In this document: in pieces, positions 57,869 to 64,000 of the stretch | Layout: each line of letters starts with the position of its first letter | Numbering within the stretch: position 1 is the first letter of the stretch | Source of the DNA: Fibrobacteria bacterium | GTDB lineage: Bacteria > Fibrobacterota > Fibrobacteria > UBA11236 | Length of the DNA stretch: 64,000 bases | Assembly (NCBI GenBank): GCA_043745805.1 | Contig: JAYTSD010000008.1 | Coordinates: 128,001 to 192,000 of the forward strand | Direction of reading: 5' to 3' | Notes under the pieces: generated by a model | The model's input: only the letters and a program-made list of their open reading frames with translations | What the model was told of the DNA's origin: nothing | The model's database searches: none | Position numbers and translations under genes: made by a program

Positions 57869-60800
57869 TTATTCGGGTTTATTAACCACGGGAGAACCAC
57901 CAGAATTATTGGTGTTTGCTTTGGATCTTGGTTCGATATGAATACTCAATTCCTCAGCAGCAGGTTCCATTTCTTTTAAACGAGAAAGAATTGCATTTGT
58001 ATGCTCATTCACTAAGCCATAGGTTTGTGCAGCACGAATGGCTTCTTTATAATGAATAACCACTTTTTCCATGGTTTCCGTAGAAGCCTTAGTTAATTGT
58101 TCTTTTGCATCTTTTGCAGATCCTTTGGGAATGGGAGCATTCAACAATAGCTTACTCAAATCTTCCATAGCCTGACCTTTTGCGCGATAAGCTTGCATAA
58201 ATTTTATTCCAGTTGAATCAATCCATGGACTTTCAATACCTTGATTTACAGCCACTTCTAAATTTTTCTGATACAGTTCACGGGCCTTATCTAAATAACC
58301 AGGAATGGTTGCTTTAGTTTCAATACGCGTGCTGATTTGTTCATCTCTACTTAAATCTTGTACTCTTTCATTATCCGAAATAGTGGCAATGGCAAAGAAC
58401 ACATCACCCATGCGAATGGTTGAACGTAAAGTCCATTCCACTTCCGCCATTTGCGCTGATTTTGCATAACTGGTAATAGCTGGCGCAACATTTTGCTTAA
58501 CTTCACCAATACGATTTGCGTTTTGTTTTTTGTTCCCATCCAAACGGATTTTTAAAATTTTTTTATAATAAAGCTCACCCATGCGATAACCAGCTTCTGC
58601 GGCAATAGCAGAAGGGATTGAAAATTGTTGGCCGTATTTTTCTTGGATTTGAATCGCTGCTGAATAATGAAAAACAGCTTTCTTTTCATTATTCAAATTT
58701 TCATAATTTTTACCGGCTCCTAAATGCGCTCGTATCAATTTGTTTTTGTCATTATCAAAATCTTTTACGAAAGCTTCGTAGGCCGATGCCGCACGGGTAA
58801 AATCGCCTTTACTTTCCAAAATTAAAGGGACAGAAAACTGTGCTTCAATGGCATATTGACTTTTAGGATAATTTTCTGCTATAAGTTGATAAGTACGAAC
58901 AGCATCTTCATAACTCTTGGCTGTTTCATAAATTTGACCACCATTATATAAAAATGAAGGGGTCTTATCATTTTTAGGATATAGTTTATAAGCGGATTCG
59001 TAGGTTGCACCAGCGCGATGTAAATCAGGTACTTTCTCATAAGCTTCTGCAGACCAACCAATAGATTGAAATCCTAAAGAATCGTCGGGATAATTACGTT
59101 GTACCAAAATAAAAGTTTCAGCAGCATCGCGAAATTTATTCTTTGCCTGATAAATCGCTGCGGCTTTAAGAATTGACTTAATACGCAAATCCGATTTGGG
59201 GAATTCATTATGAATACCCAATAAAACACGAACGCCTTCTTCGGTGCGACCTGCAGAGTCATATTGTAATCCTGCCTCAAACATGGCCTTATCCGCAATA
59301 TCTACATCGCGGAATTTTTTTGCCATTTGTTCATACTTAAGCGCTGCGGCACTGTGATCTCCAGTTTTTCCTTTTGCTTCGGCTTGCTTAAACATAGTCG
59401 CTGCCAATGATTTGCGAACATCGGGACATTGTTTGTCTTTAGGGCAAAGAACATTAGTAAGTATGGTAAACTGTTTTTCTGCTGCTTCAAATTGACCGTC
59501 TTCCAAAAGACTTTGGGCTAAAGCACGGCGAATTAAATCGACATGAGTTTGATTTTTAACTTCTAAAAGTTTTGCAAATCCAGGAATTGCTTTTTGAAAT
59601 TGCTTGGCTTCATAATGCAAAAATGCAGCATTGTAGGCAAGGTCACCAGCATTAGGTGTTTGTCCATAAACAGCCATATATTTATCAACCGCGGCGAAAT
59701 AATCGCGTGTTTCTGGTGCTTCATAGGCAGCAACTTTATCGCCTTTTAATTTTTCCACTGCCAACTTACGATTTTCTTCCATCATAATCACTACATTGTA
59801 AGCTGCATCAGCTTTTGTCACGATATCTTTTTTTTCAGCAGGCAATTTACCCATTTTATTGGTGTTGGCATTGGCACACCAAGTCCACTCTTCAGCTGAT
59901 TTCGTATAGTCTTTTAACTTATTATAAAGCACGGCTAAATTTTGATGAACTTGATAAACATCCCAACCTTCATCCGAAGCGTATTTATTTAAATAGTCCC
60001 GATAAGCAGCTTCGGCTTTCTGCATCATTTCCGCATCGCCTTTACCTTCTTCCCCTTTGAAGTGATAGTAGACGGGGATTTGATACATGGCCATTTTAAT
60101 CGCATTGCTAGCTTCTTCATAAGCCTGTTTATTTGAGGAATTTTTTTGCGACCATTCAGAGTTTCCATCATAGCGCTTAACAATATCCATGCGCGCTTGT
60201 TGGGCTTCTTCTGCCTTTTTATTAATAACTAAAATCTCTACCACATTTAAGTCGGCAATTGGAGCCTTGGAATAAGTAGGCTCTTTATCCAATAAAAATT
60301 TAAAAGCTTTTACTGATTCTTGTAGGCGATCATGCGCCTTGTTCTTCATTGCTATTTCAAAATAAACATCATTTTCCCATTTTGGATTACCTTTGGAATT
60401 CAAGAATTTTTCAGCGACCTCAAAACCGTTATCCATATCGGCCCATGCCGCAGCCATAAATTGCATGGCTTCATCACGTAAATCGCCTTTAAGCTTACCT
60501 TGATCCGCAAGGGTTACATATTCATAATACCACTTTGCTGCATTTTCAAAATCCGCTAAATTATAATATGCTTCTGCCCTGTGATACAAAGCTAAAGCCG
60601 CTTCATTACCTGGATAGTTAGTAGGAATTTTTTCATAATGCTCGATAGCCTTCGCATATTTTCTTTTTAATAACCAGTATTCACCCAAACGTAAATGAGA
60701 TTGAACTACTAATTCACTTTGTGGAAAGCGAGTAACCAGCAAGGTTAAATACTCATAAGCTCTATCTTCATTGCCTAACATATCAGAAATAAAAGCTGCA

Positions 60801-61441
60801 CGGAAAAGAGCGCTAGGCGCATCTTTATGATTAGCATACTCTTTTAAAAATCTTTCAAAATGTTTTAGTGAGGCATTGTGATTACGTTTTGGTTGAACAG
60901 GTTCAGCTGTTTTACGATCATGATCTTCCCAAACCTGAAATTCCTTTTCATATTTTTGTTGCTTAACTAAAAATTGATCTTCTTCATTTAGGTATGTTAA
61001 ATTGCCGACTTGATATAAAGCAGAAGCACAACGATCTGATTTTTCTGTACAAGAATTTACGTAGTCGGTAAACTCCTTGATACTCGATTGACGATTATTG
61101 ATCTTTTCGCCCATTTCTTTAGGCGCCTCTTTAGCGGAACGTTCATTGCGTTTCACTTCTTCTTTTGCAACATCCGCCTTATAACTTTCAAGATCGGATT
61201 TATACTTGTCAACTTTTTTCTGACGCTTCTCTAAACATTCGACTTTGTCTGCGTCACCCATTGCTTCGCATTTAGCGCCTAGTTGCTCCAGTTCTACTTT
61301 ACGTTTTTTTAATTCGCCAAGTTTATCGACTGAAAAAGTTAGGGAGGCAGTCATTGCCATCCCCAAAACCACGATTGGTAATTTTTTTACTAAAAACATC
61401 ATTGAACTATTTTTCCTAGCCTTTTGATTAATACTCATCAA
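57869..61441 (-). CDS. Large periplasmic TPR-repeat protein
   Basis: Signal-like N-terminus, coiled coil and many TPR repeats (A...Y.....P.S..A..A). Confidence 0.88.
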   Translation of the reverse strand: MMSINQKARKNSSMMFLVKKLPIVVLGMAMTASLTFSVDKLGELKKRKVELEQLGAKCEAMGDADKVECLEKRQKKVDKYKSDLESYKADVAKEEVKRNERSAKEAPKEMGEKINNRQSSIKEFTDYVNSCTEKSDRCASALYQVGNLTYLNEEDQFLVKQQKYEKEFQVWEDHDRKTAEPVQPKRNHNASLKHFERFLKEYANHKDAPSALFRAAFISDMLGNEDRAYEYLTLLVTRFPQSELVVQSHLRLGEYWLLKRKYAKAIEHYEKIPTNYPGNEAALALYHRAEAYYNLADFENAAKWYYEYVTLADQGKLKGDLRDEAMQFMAAAWADMDNGFEVAEKFLNSKGNPKWENDVYFEIAMKNKAHDRLQESVKAFKFLLDKEPTYSKAPIADLNVVEILVINKKAEEAQQARMDIVKRYDGNSEWSQKNSSNKQAYEEASNAIKMAMYQIPVYYHFKGEEGKGDAEMMQKAEAAYRDYLNKYASDEGWDVYQVHQNLAVLYNKLKDYTKSAEEWTWCANANTNKMGKLPAEKKDIVTKADAAYNVVIMMEENRKLAVEKLKGDKVAAYEAPETRDYFAAVDKYMAVYGQTPNAGDLAYNAAFLHYEAKQFQKAIPGFAKLLEVKNQTHVDLIRRALAQSLLEDGQFEAAEKQFTILTNVLCPKDKQCPDVRKSLAATMFKQAEAKGKTGDHSAAALKYEQMAKKFRDVDIADKAMFEAGLQYDSAGRTEEGVRVLLGIHNEFPKSDLRIKSILKAAAIYQAKNKFRDAAETFILVQRNYPDDSLGFQSIGWSAEAYEKVPDLHRAGATYESAYKLYPKNDKTPSFLYNGGQIYETAKSYEDAVRTYQLIAENYPKSQYAIEAQFSVPLILESKGDFTRAASAYEAFVKDFDNDKNKLIRAHLGAGKNYENLNNEKKAVFHYSAAIQIQEKYGQQFSIPSAIAAEAGYRMGELYYKKILKIRLDGNKKQNANRIGEVKQNVAPAITSYAKSAQMAEVEWTLRSTIRMGDVFFAIATISDNERVQDLSRDEQISTRIETKATIPGYLDKARELYQKNLEVAVNQGIESPWIDSTGIKFMQAYRAKGQAMEDLSKLLLNAPIPKGSAKDAKEQLTKASTETMEKVVIHYKEAIRAAQTYGLVNEHTNAILSRLKEMEPAAEELSIHIEPRSKANTNNSGGSPVVNKPE

Positions 61442-61442
61442 A

Positions 61443-63671
61443 TTATTTCACTTCCAGATCGTTTAGATCTTTCTGCGAAGGACCACGCTTTTCATTACTA
61501 CCACCGCGGATATTAATAACCGTAGCCTTGGTAAATTTGGCATCCTTAATAATACGGTCACGATTGCTCAAGAACTTTTCCATTTGTTCCACTTCACGTA
61601 AAAATTCGATTTGAGCTTCAATCTTGGAATGAATATCATCAAATTTTGGACGTAATGCGTCGCGTTTTTCCAAAACTCTTGGCGTAGGCAACTGTGTTGA
61701 AAGTGAAAGTGCTTCCTTTTGTACCGAGGAGAATTCTGAATTAACCGATAAGAATTGATCCTTACGTTTTTGAATTTCAGCCGCGCTAATATTTTTCTTT
61801 TCTGCTAACTCAATCGCTTTATCGAAAGAGGCAATAGCTTTGTTGTAATCCTTATCAAAGAACTCGCAATAACCTGTTAATAAATGAGCTTCTGGCACAA
61901 GCAAGCTATTGGGTGTTTTGGAAATAATTTCTGCGGCATAAGCTTCCGCTTCTTTGAATTTCTGAACTTTAATAAATGACCAAGCCAAGCCTAATAAAGC
62001 TTCGTCGTATTTGGAACTCGATGAAGAAACCATGCCATAGTATTCAGCCGCTTTTACTAAACGAGGTGGCTCTGAGCCAAAATTAATATGACCTAATTTT
62101 ACTGCCGTAACTTCGCGCATATCTTGTTCCGAAGCATTACTTGATTTTGCATCAATAATGTCTTGGAATGTGGCTTCAGCTTCTTTGAATTTCTTCAAGT
62201 TAATATTACACATACCCAAGGTATAACGAGCATACACATAATTTGCATTGCCTGGTAAAATCGGCGATAACAAATTCATTGCGCCATGATAATCTTTTTG
62301 AATAAAGCGCATTTGTCCTTGAATATAATCCGCATCCGACTTGATATCCGATTCGGGATAAAGATTTACAATTTGTTGATAGCGTTTATTCGCTTCATCA
62401 AATTTGCCTTCTTTATAATCAATATTCATCAATTGAAACATATACTTTGGACGCTGATCCGAATCGGTATAACGCTTCAAAGCATCGTTATATACATCGC
62501 GTGCCGCTTGATGCATACGCAAATTTTCAAATGACTTGCCTTTATAAAAAGCAGCTTGATCCACCAAATGGAAAGAAGGGTACTTGGTAATCACCTTACC
62601 GAAAGCATATGAGGCTAATAAAAATTTACGCGCCAAATATAAACGCATGGCCTCACGATATGCGTCTTCAGGTTCTATTTTCAATCGACGATAGCGCGCT
62701 TCACCAATACGCTCCTCACGAGTTGGTCCTACTCTTGTAGTAGCTTTAAAGTTCCATACAAAACCACGACCTTCATTTTGATTAGTGAGGGCATCGTGTG
62801 ACATATCTAAATCAAGTTGCAAATAACGGAATAAGTTTATGCGTTTTACATTAACTGTAGCGCCGACAACAGGATAGCCTAGTTTATTGTATTTAACTTT
62901 TAATCCAAGTAAAGGACTTAAATAGTAAGTGGCACTTGCACTAGGCGCAATTTCCATCCCTTTACCTTGTTCTTTTGCCTCATGAGTTATATCAATCAAA
63001 CTTACGGAGCCAGCAAGTATGAGTCGCTTATTAAATCCCATCCAATAAAAAGAGGTGTTCACATTTCGAGGTACCTTGTATTTAGAATTATCGCTGGTGG
63101 TAACTTCTGGTTGCAAAACATTCTGTACGGCGACTCCCAATTGCAAATGTCCATATCGTGAAGTCGTGAATGGATTATAGGTTAAGCCTAAATCCCCTGC
63201 AAATCCAAAATTATGCACCACTTGAAAGGCGTCAAATTGAATAAGCGTGGCATTAACACCGAAAGCTAATTTATGCGACAGGCCATTTGGAGCACCCCAA
63301 GGTAACCTATAGGCATACCCTAAAGTGTAGGCATTTTCAACATAAGAGGCTGATATTCCATCAATGTCGGAACCATTTTCAAAGACCGTTAAGCCCAATG
63401 AATGGTTATAGTCAAGTGGATGTACTGCACTGATAAACTCTTGCCCGGCTTTACCGGAAATAGTTTGAAACAGTGCCACTGCCACTTCAATTTGATCGTT
63501 TTCAGCTATCGAAGCTGGATTGACATACATAGCCGTATTTTCGCCAAATTCAGAAAACCAATCATTCTGTTGATAATGATGAGGTTTATAGGAAGATTGT
63601 CCGAAGGCTACGGACAATGTTGAAAGTGCAAAAGCTGATATAAGTGTGAGTCTATAATTCAAAGCATCCAC
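61443..63671 (-). CDS. Outer-membrane beta-barrel (PorV/PorP-like) fused to a C-terminal TPR array
   Basis: Signal peptide, NPA motif, beta-strand half followed by a TPR half; GTG start after an AGGGA SD. Confidence 0.75.
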   Translation of the reverse strand: MDALNYRLTLISAFALSTLSVAFGQSSYKPHHYQQNDWFSEFGENTAMYVNPASIAENDQIEVAVALFQTISGKAGQEFISAVHPLDYNHSLGLTVFENGSDIDGISASYVENAYTLGYAYRLPWGAPNGLSHKLAFGVNATLIQFDAFQVVHNFGFAGDLGLTYNPFTTSRYGHLQLGVAVQNVLQPEVTTSDNSKYKVPRNVNTSFYWMGFNKRLILAGSVSLIDITHEAKEQGKGMEIAPSASATYYLSPLLGLKVKYNKLGYPVVGATVNVKRINLFRYLQLDLDMSHDALTNQNEGRGFVWNFKATTRVGPTREERIGEARYRRLKIEPEDAYREAMRLYLARKFLLASYAFGKVITKYPSFHLVDQAAFYKGKSFENLRMHQAARDVYNDALKRYTDSDQRPKYMFQLMNIDYKEGKFDEANKRYQQIVNLYPESDIKSDADYIQGQMRFIQKDYHGAMNLLSPILPGNANYVYARYTLGMCNINLKKFKEAEATFQDIIDAKSSNASEQDMREVTAVKLGHINFGSEPPRLVKAAEYYGMVSSSSSKYDEALLGLAWSFIKVQKFKEAEAYAAEIISKTPNSLLVPEAHLLTGYCEFFDKDYNKAIASFDKAIELAEKKNISAAEIQKRKDQFLSVNSEFSSVQKEALSLSTQLPTPRVLEKRDALRPKFDDIHSKIEAQIEFLREVEQMEKFLSNRDRIIKDAKFTKATVINIRGGSNEKRGPSQKDLNDLEVK

Positions 63672-63678
63672 TCCCTAT

Positions 63679-63999
63679 TTATTTCTTGATTCTATAAAAT
63701 TCAATTCTTCTATTGATCTGGCGGCCTTCGGCGGTTTTGTTATCCGCTTTAGGTCTGGATGAGCCATATCCTTTTGCCACTAATCGAGAAGCTTCTACAC
63801 CACGATTAATCAAATACTCGCGAACCGTATTCGCTCTATCATGCGAAAGCTTGATATTGATCTTATCGGTTGCAGTATTATCCGTATGTCCAGCAATTTC
63901 ATATTTGTAACTAGGAAATTTCGAAAGCTTGTCATACACATCATCGAGTAATGGATAAGACTGCTCCATAAGTTCAGCGCTGCCAGTACGGAAAACCAC
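63679..63999 (-). CDS. OmpA C-terminal peptidoglycan-binding domain protein, 5' partial
   Basis: GHTD, N..LS..RA..V..YL, GYG...P and NRRIEF motifs; open to the window end. Confidence 0.92.
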   Translation of the reverse strand: MVFRTGSAELMEQSYPLLDDVYDKLSKFPSYKYEIAGHTDNTATDKINIKLSHDRANTVREYLINRGVEASRLVAKGYGSSRPKADNKTAEGRQINRRIEFYRIKK

Positions 64000-64000
64000 A

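Noticed and set aside
57633-57979. Plus-strand ORFs of 102 and 71 aa
   Set aside because: Antisense to a minus-strand operon, overlap the TPR gene end, and show no protein-like motifs.
1-64000. CRISPR array, rRNA, IS element or prophage
   Set aside because: No regularly spaced repeats, rRNA-like sequence, transposase, integrase or phage structural genes were seen.

Overview
Gene-dense, AT-rich bacterial chromosome segment made mostly of core genes. Gene content and the style of the envelope proteins suggest phylum Fibrobacterota, which is an inference and was not tested. I found no CRISPR array, rRNA, integrase, transposase or prophage. From left to right the window holds: (1) a 5'-truncated, non-canonical FtsZ/tubulin-family GTPase, an acyl-CoA dehydrogenase and a gluzincin peptidase; (2) a Wzi-like capsule protein converging on an unusual phosphoglycosyltransferase-STAS-polysaccharide deacetylase fusion, which lies downstream of a NifA-like sigma54 activator; (3) a long + strand run: pepA, guaA, hflX, DUF58, BatA-like, aroE, aroK-aroB, a degenerate SDR, mraY, a UAP-type pyrophosphorylase, an M28 peptidase and an LpxL-like acyltransferase; (4) dcd, a structured intergenic element, glutamine synthetase III, rRNA-modification genes, xseAB, fbaA, fabF, orn, a transpeptidase-only PBP and a patatin; (5) an Ig-like lipoprotein with a partner beta-barrel, and tRNA-Ser(TGA); (6) a co-directional minus-strand block of about 18 kb in which an OmpA / barrel-TPR / TPR / ExbB / two ExbD / TonB-like (Agl-Glt-like) motor cluster precedes mreBCD-mrdA-rodA-comF. 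The best leads are the PGT-STAS-deacetylase fusion, the motor cluster linked to the Rod operon, the tubulin-like protein, a prfB-like CTT-TGA junction between mrdA and rodA, and a codon-diverged duplicate of the TonB-like C-terminal domain. All family calls come from motifs recognised by eye, not from database searches.
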